Shown here piece by piece: positions 12,167 through 25,989 of a stretch of 64,000 nucleotides of DNA. The position numbers and the translations under genes were made by a program. Each line of letters opens with the position of its first letter. Within the stretch, counting starts at the first letter, position 1. Origin of the DNA: Cycas panzhihuaensis (taxonomy: Eukaryota; Plantae; Cycadophyta); NCBI GenBank assembly GCA_023213395.1, contig CM041465.1, positions 78,871,741-78,935,740 on the forward strand, given 5' to 3'. Under the pieces are notes generated by a model. It saw nothing but the letters and a program-made list of their open reading frames with translations, searched no databases and was not told the DNA's origin.

Positions 12167-12829
12167 TGTGGGAATTCCACAGGGAATTCACACCCCAACA
12201 CAGATAGTATCCCCTCATAGAGCTACCTTCCATAGATTTATACAAGTAAACAAGCAATAAAAATAAATATTTGGCAAAGAACATCCATTCATAATACTAT
12301 CTTCTAGAGTTTCATATAGATAAACAAGCAACAAAAGCAAATATTGGAGTAAAAGGTACAATATTTATTTCTTTAAGATCACAAGACTAAATATTGCAAT
12401 GATACAACACCAATAAAACATGTACAAAAGTTGTACTTACAAGGAATGAAAATTGAGTCTTTTGCTTCCTCTTTGAGGCGAGGTGTCCTCCCAACAAGGC
12501 TCCTTAAGGCCAAAAATATGGCAGAGCCAAAAGTACAAATGATGATCCCAAACCAATGCCAAAAACACCTATAAATAGGTGACCAAACTACATTTTAAAT
12601 AGGTAAACCAAAATACTAAAGAAGTCAGCCATAATAACACGTGAATCAACCAAAATAAACATTAAGAAGTCGAGCAGAGTAACACCAGAATCAACCAAAA
12701 AAAAAAGATTAAGAAGTCAACCAAAATAACACCAGAATTAATCAGAATAAAGATGAAATAGTTAGCCAAAATAAAGATAAATAAGGTGCATGGCTAGACC
12801 AACCCATCTTTTGAGGTGTGAATGCTATA
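12167..12829 (-). repeat. 5' LTR of element B
   Basis: Similar to 1303-1944; adjacent to the PBS and to the TSD CAACT. Confidence 0.9.
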
Positions 12830-13019
12830 CAACTTCACCATTAGCTCTCAAGTAATATGAGGTTGAATTATGATGATTAATTATGAATGTTGTTGTCATC
12901 TCCTTTACAACCTCATTTAGAAAATGCAACCCTTGATCACTTACTAACTCCAAAGGGCAATCAAATCTCATTACTATCACATCGTAAAGAAATTTTATTG
13001 TGTTTATTGAATCTTCCAC
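12830..13019 (-). pseudogene. Integrase core fragment of element A
   Basis: RFDCPLELVSDQGLHFLNEVV..STSYYLRANGEV is an rve core sequence. Confidence 0.85.
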
Positions 13020-14159
13020 TATCTTGTCATCCCAATAATCTCCAATTATAATGTTGCGAGGGTTCTCTTTAGTCCCTACATTTACTTTTGTTGATTTTGC
13101 TTCTTCACTCCTTATTTGTTAATCCCCTGTCACCTTGTGCGTTGGGGTTTCTTCTACCAGCCTTTGCTCATACTGTAATTTTGTGTATTCAAGAGAGAAG
13201 TTGTGAGCTTCCCCTTCCTCTTCGTCGTCCTTACTTTCTAATGTCCAAATAGCTAACATGGATTTTGTTTGTTCAACCGCTATACTCATTTTCCGAATAC
13301 ATGTTAATACCCTATTTATAGTTTTATTTCTTGATGAATAGGAAAAAGATTTGATAAATATTTTTTTCATACTATCCTAGCAAACTTTCTCAACTTTTTC
13401 TCATCTAGGAAACCATTATTTACCTAGTTTGCTCAATGTATGAAAGAATAAGTGTCCCCAATCACTTTTAGGGGTGCTTTGAGTTCTCTAGGCTTGTTTG
13501 CATTGATTGATATGTCTTTTCAGGCATTCTCCTACCAAGAAAGGGATAACGGAAAACTCTTTGGGCGAGTCAAACCTTAACCTAAAAATGCTTGAATTTG
13601 TACCTAGTTATGAAGTAGGGTTTGGTGAGCCAAATACCACCATCAAGCTAGGCCACGAAGGGTGAGGACAAAGTCCATCACCCAACGAGATTTTTCCAAG
13701 ATTCTATAGTCCAACTAGCAGTCCATGCACTAGATTAGATGGTTAGTTCCATCTAACTCCTTGCCTTAAAATGGAGTTACTACTTTTTCAATAAAAGGGG
13801 TTCTCTCCTATCTTCGGGTATGGGAGGTCTATAATTAAAGGAGGGTTCTCTCAAGGTCTTTCTATATGATGTTGTCTCCTAGGGCCACAATCCCACATAG
13901 CTATTCTCCATAGAATTATCACTAGGTGGATGTGCCTTGAGAAAGGAAGAGGAGGACCTAGGGCTAGTTTCATTGGTATAGGCAAGGGGAGTAAAGGGAA
14001 ATTCTACCACCGGTTTTGTCCTAGAAGTATAGTGGAGGCTAGGGTCTAAGAGAAGATTGACCAGATCTTCTAAAAAGAACATGTTCAGGTTAGGGATAGG
14101 GAAAGGGTTGGGGTTAGGGGTAGGGTTTTAAGTAGAAGATAGGGAATTTTATTTTATTT

Positions 14160-17100
14160 TCACTTGCACTCTATTTTAGGGCTTTCTTGTAAACAAATGT
14201 TCACTAGATGTTCATACATACCTTTATTGACTATGTTGTTTTCTAATTTACCTATGTTATTCCTATTACTAAAATCAATATAATCAAAGTTGTTGTCACT
14301 ATTATTATTCATGTCAAATGTTGTACATATAGAAAGTAAGTTACAATGGAAAGAGGGGGGATCCTCCCCAAAAAATTGCCTCATCTAATAGTTAATTAAA
14401 CTTTTCACACCTTCTTCATCAGAGGAACACTCTGATTGAAGCTCCCTATAGTAGTTAGGCTCACTTTTGTTGGTGATATTCATTGTGTCAGTTTCCTCAA
14501 TAGTGTGATAGAGATTTGCTTCATCGAATGTTGAAGAGCTTTCCTCACTTGCAATGGTGGTGCTTGAAGCATCATCAACCATAGTCTTCACTATATATTT
14601 CCCCTTATTCAACATGAGTAATACCACTTCATTACCTCCATCAAACAAGGTGAATGCACATCTCTCCAACTTTGTAAACATTCAGTTTGATAAAGCCATG
14701 GTCATCCTAAAAGCATTGGATAAGTCACCATGCCTCTTACTATCTCCACAATTGTGCAATAGATAGGTATTACAATCCCAACAACATTCACTTTTACATT
14801 TAGGAGTCATCCCACTAGTTTCATAAATAACTCATTTTCTAGTTTGAGAGAAAAGTTGGTAGATTTCAACTTGGGACTCCCCAACTTATTCCATGTGGCT
14901 ATGGGTAATACGTTTACTACCGCTCCACCATCTATAATCACATTTGAAAAATTTTCACCCAAGATGCTAATAGTAACTGAGGGATCTATATCATATGATG
15001 GCATAATTTTATTGAGGTTATTTGTCACCTCTTTTGACTGTAATACCCCTGTCTTAATCCATTTAATTACTTGTTCCAAGGGAATCATCAGTTGTAATTG
15101 TTTTGCCAAATTCTCCATTACAACCAACACTTAGAGAATGTCCTATGTCGATAACCCTTCAGACAAAGTTTTTGCTTTCAGTGTAGGAAGAAATTGATTT
15201 GACACCCGTTCCTTTTCCCTTCGGCTAATTACTCGTTCCTTTGTTTTTCAAACCTCACCTGACCCTTTCTCCTTGGCCTTGTGTTTCCTTGTATAAACTT
15301 GCTTGATTTCTGGTTTGCCTTTTGGTAGGATTTTGTAGCTTCTTCTCTGACAACATCTTCCAATATTTTTTTTGATACTACAAATCTATCGATTTCTATC
15401 AGAGGGTTAGGATATTCATCCTCTTCCTTTGCTTTCCTTTTTCCACTTCTAGTTCAAAAATTTATGTTTTTTGGTGAATTGGGGATAATTGTCATTAAAC
15501 TTATCATTTTTCCCTTACTCTTGCAATGCTTCGTAGAGTGGGTACTTGGCCCACAATTCCTATATATAAATGGGAACTTTGCATGGGTTTTTGCTACTCT
15601 ATAGTTCGATTTCCAATCCCTAAACTACAAACACACCAAATGATGTCCCATCGGTGGCTTCTTGTTGGAGCTTTCTAGTATTGTCCTAGTAGTATATGAT
15701 GTTCTAGTCGAATTGCCACCTCTTCCTCAAGCTCTACCATGTTGGTTTTTTCCATGTCCATTGAAGTAACATCCATTCATATTGTGATTATCTATATCAC
15801 AAATATGACACCATGTGCTATGTTTTTTTACTACATTGTCTTTCTCATTTAGGTCGCATTCCTTTGTGGAATGTGAATCTTTGTCTCAAATGTGATACCA
15901 CTTCTCCACTTGAGGTTCCTCATACTATAATCCATAATCTTTTCTCCATTTGTCATATTTGTAGCTATGATATTCATTCAACTTATGTATGTCAACATTG
16001 ATTCTCTCTGTCTCTATCTCATTTTTTGAGAGATAATTCTATTGCTTCATTACTTAGACATTTTTGAAATCTCTCCTAAAATTCTTTTTTGATGTTTTTC
16101 CATGTCTTTGTTAGATCCAATTGTTTATACCATGCTAAGGGTACACCTCACGATGAGTAGGAGAATCTTGCTTTAATCCTTACATCCTCTGTTATTTTCT
16201 TCATATCCACCAAATTTTGAAATAAGTAGACATGTTTGCTCCCATTTGTCATGTCATCAAAGAATAGCCTCCCAAACTCCCTTTGGTCTACCATTTTTAA
16301 AACCCTTAGTGATATCTTTCCTCCCCGCTACTTTCTTTTATGAATAATGGATTACCGAAGGGCGATTTTGTTTTAACTAAATTACCTCTTCACACCATAA
16401 TAATTGTATAGCTAGTAGTGTTTCAATTACAAATAATTGCTCTCACTACTTATCAGGTGTATCCTCAAATAATTTCCTTGTGCAATGGTCCTCCCAATAT
16501 GCTAAAGGACCTTTCTCCACCTTCTCTTCATTGTCACCCATGCTCTTCAAACTATCTTCATCATTTGACTCTTCTATTTTGCCTAGGGATTATTTTTCTT
16601 CCTCTAAAGATTTGTTTTCCAATATTGTTGCTTTCAGTTCCAATTTTTCTTACAAGATCTCTTCTTCTCTAATGTTTTATCTTTTTTAGGAGTCTCCAAT
16701 TGTTTTTCCAAATTTTTTTCTTTCCTTTTCACACTTTCTTTTTCTTCTTCAAACAATGTCGGGGCTATAGATGCAGTTATGTGGCTAAGCAAGTCAAATT
16801 CAATTGGGGCAAGGGTTAATACCATTGATTCCCTCCCATCCTGATTTTGTTCAATGGGCGTCTGTGCTCCACTTGACTAAGACTCCTCGACAGACCTCCG
16901 CTTGGTCTTGTCATTTCTTAAATAATTCACCCTCTTGCTTCTTTGTATCTTTCGCTCATTCTCCCATCTTATTGCTCTTTGTTTCCTTGACTCTAGTATT
17001 CTCTTAGGTAAAGGTTTTTTAAGTGGCTCAATCACCTTCGAAGGCCATTTTAGTGTCATTAGAAAGTCCCCTGGTTGTTGAAGACTTAGTTACAACCCAC
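14160..17100 (-). pseudogene. Decayed Gypsy gag-aspartic protease region (probably element A)
   Basis: Protease motif VIIDGGAVVNVLP and downstream YPMLLG*PWL; gag-like charged fragments upstream. LTRs were not resolved. Confidence 0.65.
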
Positions 17101-18099
17101 CATCATACTAGCAGCTAGGGTGGCTTGGTCTTTAGGCATTAGTTGAAAATCTCTAACTCTTTCCCCCCACTAGTGGACTTAGGAAACAGAATCAATGTTG
17201 ACCTTACTTTCCACTCCTTGGTAAGTACACTTGTCAAGAGTCACTTCCAGTAATCTATCTCGGGCTTATGTCAACATATGGGTCTTTTAACACATACACC
17301 ATATAAGTACATAATACATCATAATAACACCATCATGAATTCTAAATAACATCATATTATTAGTGTAACATTCATCATAGCATCACTAATCAATTAGAAT
17401 ATCAACACATGATACACAGTTTCCACATATATCATTATTGGAATGTTTATACATTATATAGCTCTTGCTCATATCTTTAAGCACATGACACTAGATCAAA
17501 TGACTTGGGTATCGCCCTTGAGAACACACCATAGATCAAATAACTCAAGTTTCACACTGGAATGGTGGAGAAATGATCGATAAATACCCAAATATCTGCC
17601 TTTTGCGGAATGGTTGTGACTTATGGTCATAACCATTCCTTTTCATAACAAGGTGACCTTTCACATTCATTACGCATTAACAATAATTAATCCAAAGTAC
17701 AATGACCATACACACGTGGGAATCTAGCATCATCCATTCTAGAATGTAACTTTTCTATTGTTGTATGTGTTCCATGCATTCCTTGATATATGTTCCATGT
17801 ACATTCTTGAATGTATTGCATTATGTTCTAAAGCAGACCTTGTTAATCGTTCCGTGAGAGTTCCCTTTGGGCATCTTTCATTGGATTCTATCATGCATTC
17901 CTCTATACAATCCCTTGTTGATACATTCTTGCACTCATCATGCTATGTTAAACATATTTTGCTAAAATTTTCATTGTCCAGGGTGCACAGGTGCTATATT
18001 TAGCCCCAACATTCATGCCTTATGTAAATCAAGTCCAAAAACATATGTTAGAGGAACAAAGATCGATGACCTATTGGATCCAAAATTGTGGTGGTTAGT

Positions 18100-18813
18100 T
18101 AGGAGTTTATGTTGCATGATTCATGAGAGAAACGTTCATGTATTCTCATGCTAAGATATTGACAACCCTTTAAGAGGTGCAAGAGGGAATGCACCTACAT
18201 TGGAGTGAATACATGGCACAATTGCTCCATAAACAATTATAGGAGGTGAAAGGGCCAAAAACAACCTTTAAGCATCCTTCATTATTGTTAGGTATGTTGT
18301 TTGCTCAAATTCTTACGATACAGTTGCCCCAAGTGGAAATTGAGGATGAATGGACCCTATTACAACAATGGATGGGTGCATTTCCTATGGAGGTTTGCTC
18401 TGAGAAGTTAGACATTTAGTTAACATAACAATGAGGCATATTGTTTATGGTTTTGAGGTGCTCCACACCCCACCCATCCTCATTGTTTAGAGAAGAAGGC
18501 TAGAAAATAGATGCAATAGGTGGTTGGGTCAGCGACAGAAATAGAATCAACAGAGGACACAACCCCATAATGATCAACAAAGTTGGGTGAGGGAACTTCC
18601 CAAGGTGACGAAAGTTTTGGAGATAAATTCCAACAAATGAAGGGATGGCTGGATGAACTTGTGGGAAAACAAAGGCATAAACGACAACAAATTGCAAAGA
18701 TACAAATATATTTAAAAGAGAAACATTGAAGGTGGAAATTTTGATGAAAATCAATGAAGACATGATAGAATTAGCGCAAAAAATGGATGTACCAATTGAC
18801 GAGCTATAGGAAC
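18100..18813 (+). pseudogene. Degenerate TE-associated ORF fragment (accessory-ORF-like)
   Basis: Protein-like reading WSEYMAQLLHKQL*EVKG..FKHPSLLLGMLF; interrupted at 18814 by Copia E. Family assignment is uncertain. Confidence 0.3.
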
Positions 18814-21800
18814 TGTTGGAATATAATGTCTTATCCTCTAAGTACTAGCATCTTTTGTTAGTAACTTAACTGTAGCATATACTGTCAGTCATGTAATATA
18901 TCTGTAACATATCATGTTAGTTATGCCTCTAACCCTAATCTCTAATTAGAGGCCTCTTGTATAAATATGTATTGCACCTCTCAATACAAGACAAGTCTTT
19001 TCAGTCTTCTCTTGCTCTTATCTTTTATTGTTGCCCTGACATGGTATCAGAGCCACAGTCTACTATTTTTCCCTCCTAAAAGAGAGATTTCATATCATCG
19101 TGCGAACTGACTGAACAACCGTATGGAACAAATTTTGACCTGCTCAGAATCAGACGAAATTTGGTGAGCAGGTGCGCCTCTCTGAGCTAATCAACTTTGT
19201 CTAAAGGCACAGAGTCAGATTCTCAACCATTGGCCCTAAATCTAAAGAAAACTAGTGGCTGCTCATGTGAAGCTTCATTTGTTCATCACTTGTTATACAA
19301 TTAATCATCTAAGGCAAAATCAGTATTAATCGAAAGCTCTTGAGAAGAGCTTTCATTTGATATATGATTCAACCCTGTTCATTGCACATGTGAGGAAAAA
19401 TGAAGGAAAAAACCCAGAAACCCTAACTACAGATCCAAAGTTCGGGAGTTATTTTGTTAGCAACAAAAAGGCTGATAAAAAATCTAAGACCAGATTTGGA
19501 TTCCTCTTGAGAAAATCTCTCTTTTGAGTTTGATTTTAATTAATTATGAGAAAGTCAATTTTTTGCCTCTTTTCTAGGTCCATACATTAGTCCATAAGAC
19601 TAAACGTATATTAAAGGTTCATCATAATTAGGAAAGTTCTTTCAATCTTGTTTAACTTGTCATATAATCATTTTACATCTTTCCACTTGCTCATTTTTCT
19701 TATTAAAGTTTTTTAAGATATATATATATCAGTAGTTGCACCATATTTTCCCTATCGCATGGGTAGATAACTCTGCTTGGCAACTACCCGTTCCCAACCA
19801 TAGAGACCCTATTCCGAGGGTCTATAAAAATTGCACTGCATATGTCGTTATTGGCTAAGCATGCTTGGATTTTAAACCAATGTGTGAAGTGAGGGGATAT
19901 GAAAGGACCCAATCCCTAAGCCTTAGATACAGCTTGGTCATGGATTTGAGCCTCCACATACTAGAAGGTATATCGAAGGACCCAATAGGACCTTGAGCCC
20001 ATCCTAGAATAGGAAGCCCGACTAGCCGCCAAAGTCTCATAGTGCAGTGGTAAGAAGTTAGCACCACAAAGCTACCTGTCACGAATCTCATTTAGAGATT
20101 TATAGACATGCCTATGAGTCCAGGCAATCCCAAGTCTAAACTTAGTAGAGTTCATTTACCTTATCATGGCCTTCTCACTCCGCCTTGCTGATTCCAAGAA
20201 ACTCACCAGGGACAACTAAGAGTCGGGGAAGACCAAAATGCACTCCATCCTTATGGCTCAAGGAGCATGGGACCAAACAGAGAACATCAAACTAGAACCA
20301 GTAGATGTGGCTAAGAAGAAGATATATCTTAAGTAGAGAGGCCTTGCCCTTGCCTCTATTACACTATCTATTGTTGATGCCATTTTACCTCACATAGCTA
20401 GTGTTGTCACCCCTCATGAGTCCTAGACAACATTGAAGACTCTATATGCTCAGAAGAATACTGCTCGTATCATGGCCCTAAAAAATCAAATGGCCTTACT
20501 GAAGATGTCAGAATATGAAGATTTTGCAGTATTTCTTACTCTCTTCAAATTACTGCATGAGGACTTGGGTCTATCGGGGTCACATAGTTTGATGGGGACC
20601 TTATCAACCTCATAATACACAAGCTCCCTACTCGATTCAGACATTTCCTCAATTCCTACAAGATGACAGCTGAAATAGCTCAACCTTCATTTGCTACTAT
20701 ATGTGGATAATTCCTTCATCATGAATAGACAGAAATCAATATGGAAAATGAGCTAGAAAATGCATTCTCCTCCAAAGTCAGCATTCAGAGTAGGGGCACT
20801 CTTACCAGAGGGAACCTTCATGGTATTGATCGAAGAAGAAGATGCCCATCTAGCTATAGCCCTGCAAGGGGATGCTCCCTTCCACATACAACCCCACAAC
20901 AATATTCTGGAGGTTGATTCACTGATCATATCATTTGCTTTTACTGTGGAAAGACCGGTCACTACACCATGGATTGTCGTCATCACAAGGCCAACCTAGA
21001 AAGGGGTATAATAGCATCTGGGAGCTACATCGAGTAACCCAAAAAGAATGAGCCCATAGAGTTAGAAGAAGAAAAGACAACATTTATCACTGCACTCTCC
21101 TCAACTACTCATAATTAAAACCAAGATAACAGTTTCATAGACTCATAAGCCTCCAAGCATATGACACACAGGCGATCATGGTTTAGCAAAATAACCCCCC
21201 TTCAAGGTGCAGGGTCTATCAAACTTGGGATGACACCACTCATACCATTCAAGGAAGCATCATTGTTTTGGTTTCCATCCCCAATGGAGATATTGAGAAA
21301 GTTGGTCGAGTACTCTATGTACTAGGGATGACCAAAAATCTACTATCTATCTTCCAATTGACTGACAATAAACTCCAAGTCTTGTTTGACAGTGACAAAT
21401 GTACTATTTTTGATAAATACAAAGGCAATAAAGTGATTGGTGAAGGCATTACAACTAAAGGGTTGTACAAATTTCTTGCCTCATCAATTCACTCTACCCT
21501 CAATGTAACTCTCAATATTGATAATGAAAAGCTCTAGCATTTGCGCTATGGTCATTTGTCTTATGATACCTTATTTTCCTTAAGCAAACATGACATGGTG
21601 AATGGATTTCCCTGGATAAAGAAAACTAACTCTGTCTGTGATGTATATATGATGGGTAAACAACATAGGTTATAATTTTCCTCAAGCACTAAGTGGGTAG
21701 CATGAAAACTTCAGTTAATCCATAGTAACCTATGTGCACTGTTTACTCCTCCATCCATTCAAGGTGCTCGATACTATCTGATCTTCATAGATAACTATAC

Positions 21801-24800
21801 TAGGAAAGTCTGGATATACTTCCTTAAGTTAAAGTCTGATGTATTCGAAACCTTCCTCAACTTCAAGCCTAAGCTTGAGAAAGAAAGTGGCCACTATATC
21901 AAATCTTAAGAACAAATAGCAATGGGGAATTCACCTCCATTGAATTTGTACAGTACTACAGAAGACATGGAATACAGAGACAATTCATAACTCCTACACT
22001 CCTCAAGTAAATAGAGTAGTAGAGAGGAAGAACGGGACCATAACTGAAATGACATGGTCTCTTCTGAAACAAAAAGGAATATCAAATAGGTATTGGACCA
22101 AGACAACCAACATAGCAGTATACCTACTCAACCGAAGTCCTACCAAGGCCTTCAAAAACATAACTCTAGAAAAAGCTTGGTTTCACATCTCCATCTCTTT
22201 TGATCTACTGTCTACATGCATGTACTTGCTAAAAAGAGAAGGAAACTGGATGACAAAAGCAAGAAATGTATCTTGGTAGGCTACAATGAAGTCTCCAAAT
22301 CCTACAGATGTTTGGATCCCATTACTGATAAAATTTACCCAAGTAGAGATGTCTATTTTGATGAAACATTAGATCTTCCCAAGGAAGATGATATTCCAAC
22401 TGTCACATTGGATGATAATGTGACTCTGACCATTCCCCATTGGGAACAACCACATTCAAAGGAACAACAAAGTGAACACAACGAAATTTCAAGGGGGACT
22501 ACATAGGCCACCACTCTAAGAGCTACAGGCAAATCTCAAGATCAACAACCTAACTCCACCTCACAAGGTGCTACTTGATCCAGGAGGATCTACTTTATGT
22601 CTACAGGAAGCAGAAAATGTTAGACATTGGCACAATTGAAAGAAATAGGATCAAATAGTGTCAAAATAATGTGAATTTTTATGGGTAGGAAGAAGACACA
22701 TCCCAATACATGTGTGCAAAATGTGGGATTCAAAAAATATCATTTGACTAGACGACAAGCTCTATTTTGCAGAAAATAGCTCCCACGACCAACAAAAGAA
22801 GAACAAATATATACTATTTTTAAATCGGTGAAAATGGGGGCAAATGATATCCAAATGAGCTAAAATTTTGAGGACATAAAGGGGACATATATACCTACGT
22901 GTAAAATATTTGAGCTCAATTTGAGTTTATTAGCCCTAGTTACTAGGCCGCAACTTTTCGGACTTGCATAAATGCCACTTGGATAATATATGTTTTGGTT
23001 GTTGGTGATTGGACTTGCATGAATGCCACTTGGAAAACATGCATTTTGGTTGTTGATGGATTTCTTTCTATAAATTGAGCCCTCTTGAGCTCATTTTCAA
23101 TGTTGGAGACTTGGTTCTTGTGTGTGGGAGACACTTGACTTGGGACCAACATTGAGGCAATACTTAGGAGGTGTTGGAGACCATAGAGGAGGCAAATTTC
23201 AACACTTCAAGCATCCATTTTGGAGAGTGGGAGCTTCATTGAAAGAGTCATGGGAAGTTGGAGGCCCTTTGTGGTATTGTTGTATCATTTCTTCATTGTG
23301 ACTTGCTTATTCTTTGCTAATATGTTTTTCTCCACCATTAAATAGAGGTTTTTCTAGCTTAATAGATGTATTATTCTTCTTATCTTGGAGTAATGGCAAG
23401 TATGCATGAGTTAGTGTAGAGTATCCTTTTTATAGGCTCACTCTTTTATTGATATTATTGGGAATTTTACACTAGGATCTCAAGGAAAAAGATTGATGAT
23501 CGATTTCTTCACCAACCACACTCCACTTTGGGATCACTACTAATGATCTAGAACAATCCTCAACTACACCACAGAGAAAAATACCAAAGTGGTATTTAAA
23601 AATAATGGAGGAATCAAAAACTGATCTTGAATTCATCCAAGAAGGAAGAAGAACTAGAATTCAAATGCATTACGGATTTGTATCACACTTTGATATCACT
23701 TTTCAACAGGCCAGTGATGATCCTCATTGGAGTAAATCCATGGACGAGGACATTGAGTCAATCATGAAAAACAAGACCTAGGATCTAACAGAACCACCAC
23801 CAAACAAACCCATGGTTGTAGGTGGCTATACAAAGTCAAAGAAAGGGCAAATGGGTCCATTGAAAAATATAAGGCTCGTCTTGTGGCCAAGGGATTTACT
23901 CAAACCCAAGGCATTGACTATGAAGAAACATTTGCCAGAGTCAGCAAGATGATAACCATCAAAACAATGATTGTATTGGCTACTCAAAATAATTGGCCTG
24001 CGTACCAGATGGATGTTAAGGGAGCCTTTCTCAATGGAGACCTGCAAGAGGAAGTCTACATGCAACAACCTCCTCAGTATGTAACTAAGAGATAAGAACA
24101 CCTTGTATGTAAACTCAACAAAGCACTTTATGGGCTAAAACAAACTGCTAGGTCTTGGTATTCCAAGATTATCTCCTACCTAAGGGGTGTTGGCATGAAA
24201 TGGTTAGATGTGGATCCTGGTCTCTATGTCCACATTAGCAAAGACAAATTAATCACTATTCTCATTGTGTATGTAGATGATCTAATACTGATCAAGAGCA
24301 ACACCAGTTGGATCAACACCCTAAGACATCAATTGTCAAAGACTTTTGAAATGATTGACCTGGGAGAGATACACTACTACCTCGGAATTGAGGTTCATAA
24401 ACAACCTGATGGGATTTTCATACGCCAAAGCAAATACATAGCTTGTATCTTGGAGGAGTTCAAGATGAAAGATTGCAAGCCTTTACCCACTCCCATGTGC
24501 ACAGGAACCAAACTGACTATTGAGCCTGAGGGGAAACTGGTAGATGAAACTCTTTATAGGAGTCTAATTGGGAACCTCATATATCTTACATCAACTAGGC
24601 CAAACATTGTGTTTGTTGTGGGAATAGTTTCAAGGTATATGTCTGTGCCAAAGGAGTCACATTGGAAAGCAGCCAAACATATACTTTGATACTTGCAAGG
24701 AACAATATTCCATGGGATCTACTTCTATAGCCAAGGCATAGGACATTTGACTGGTTACTCAAATTTTGACGAGGAAGGAGATATTAACAGTCAGAAATCC

Positions 24801-25459
24801 ACCACTGGTTATTTCTTCAACCCAAGGAATGGAATTATCTCATGGAAAACAAAAAAGCAGTCCACTGTTTCCTTGTCCACTTCTGAAGTTGAATATTAGG
24901 CCACATTTCAATCAATGTGTGAAGAAATCTAGCTCAGATGACTTCTAGAAGAATTGAGCCAGCCTCAAGACTCTCTGACTATGATTAACTATGATAATTA
25001 GAGCACCATTCAAATGACTAAGAATCTAGTCTTCCATGCCCAAATGAAGCACATTGAAGTACACCGCCACTTCATCTGAGAGAAAGTGGACAAAAAGGAA
25101 GCCAAATTAGTTTGTTGTTCTAGTGAAAAACAACTAGCAAATATCTTTACAAAACCTCTCTCCAAGGACAAATTTCTTTATCTTAGAGAAAAAATCAGAA
25201 TGAAGGCAGAGGAACATACATTAAGAGGGGATGTTGGAATATAATGTCTTATCCTCTAAATACTAGCATCTTATGTTAGTAACTTAACTGTAACATATAT
25301 TATCAGTCATGTAATATATCTGTAACATATCATGTTAGTTCTTCCTCTAACCCTAATCTCTAATTAGAGGCCTCTTGTATAAATATGTACTGCACCTCTC
25401 AATACAAGACAAGTCTTTTTAGTCTTCTCTTGCTCTCACCTTTTACTGTTGCTTTAATA
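18814..25459 (+). mobile_element. Decayed Ty1/Copia LTR retrotransposon (element E)
   Basis: 228-bp LTRs 18814-19041 and 25232-25459; PBS TGGTATCAGAGCC at 19042; PPT AAGAGGGGA before 25232. Gag knuckle CFYCGKTGH..DC at about 20935, then PR, INT, RT (YQMDVKGAFLNG, YVDDL) and RH in Copia order. TSD is degenerate (GGAAC/CGAAT). Confidence 0.93.
22618..23484. mobile_element. Probable solo LTR (about 870 bp) inserted between INT and RT of Copia E
   Basis: Starts TGTTAG; flanked by GAAAA at 22613-22617 and 23485-23489; the host frame rejoins towards PKWYLK. The 3' CA is not preserved. Contains an approximately 51-bp tandem duplication at 22960-23060. Confidence 0.55.
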
Positions 25460-25989
25460 CGAATAGCTCGAGAGAAGAAGTAGGGGAAGGTGACCCACCA
25501 CCAAAAACAATAATTTTGACAAGATAGCAACAAGGATTTTGGTAACGTTGAGCAAGAATGCTCAAAACAATTTTTGAACCCTTAGATAGATGTATGCAAT
25601 GGATTTGGCTCTATTTCTTAGCTTTTGGGACCCCTAAGGTGACCAAGTATCACTTTCTAACCCTTGCCTACTTTGTTGAACGATATGCTTGTGATTATCA
25701 TTATTTTGGTTCTTGGCCTACTTTATAATTTGATTGAAACTATGTTGTGATGTTTGGATCTTATTTCTTGAGTAAATGCACATGTGAATGCCTATATACT
25801 TGTGTTCTAAAAAGTGCCAATGATGTGGATTCATTTGCACAATTATTAAAGTTAGGTTCTAGTTTCACTCAATATCCTATTTAGTAACTCCTATATGACT
25901 CCATTGTTTCTACCATCTCATATTAGTTTACCATACCTACATGTTTATATTTTTTGACAAATTTTGTAAAAATGGTTTGTTGCATTTTT

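Larger units (their letters stand above)
1303..12829 (-). mobile_element. Decayed Ty3/Gypsy chromovirus LTR retrotransposon (element B) carrying nested insertions
   Basis: LTR pair 1303-1944 and 12167-12829; 5-bp TSD CAACT at 1298-1302 and 12830-12834; iMet PBS (TGGTATCAAAGCC on minus) at about 12152-12164; PPT at 1945-1954. Gag, PR, RT, RH and INT fragments are present, plus a chromodomain remnant EY*IKWKML..DVTWE at about 2005-2075. Confidence 0.93.

Noticed and set aside
17255-18000. Possible LTR of element A, compositionally like 400-560
   Set aside because: No alignable LTR pair, clear PBS or TSD could be established by eye.
19042-19054. tRNA-like sequences TGGTATCAGAGC at several positions
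   Set aside because: They are primer-binding sites complementary to tRNA-iMet, not tRNA genes.
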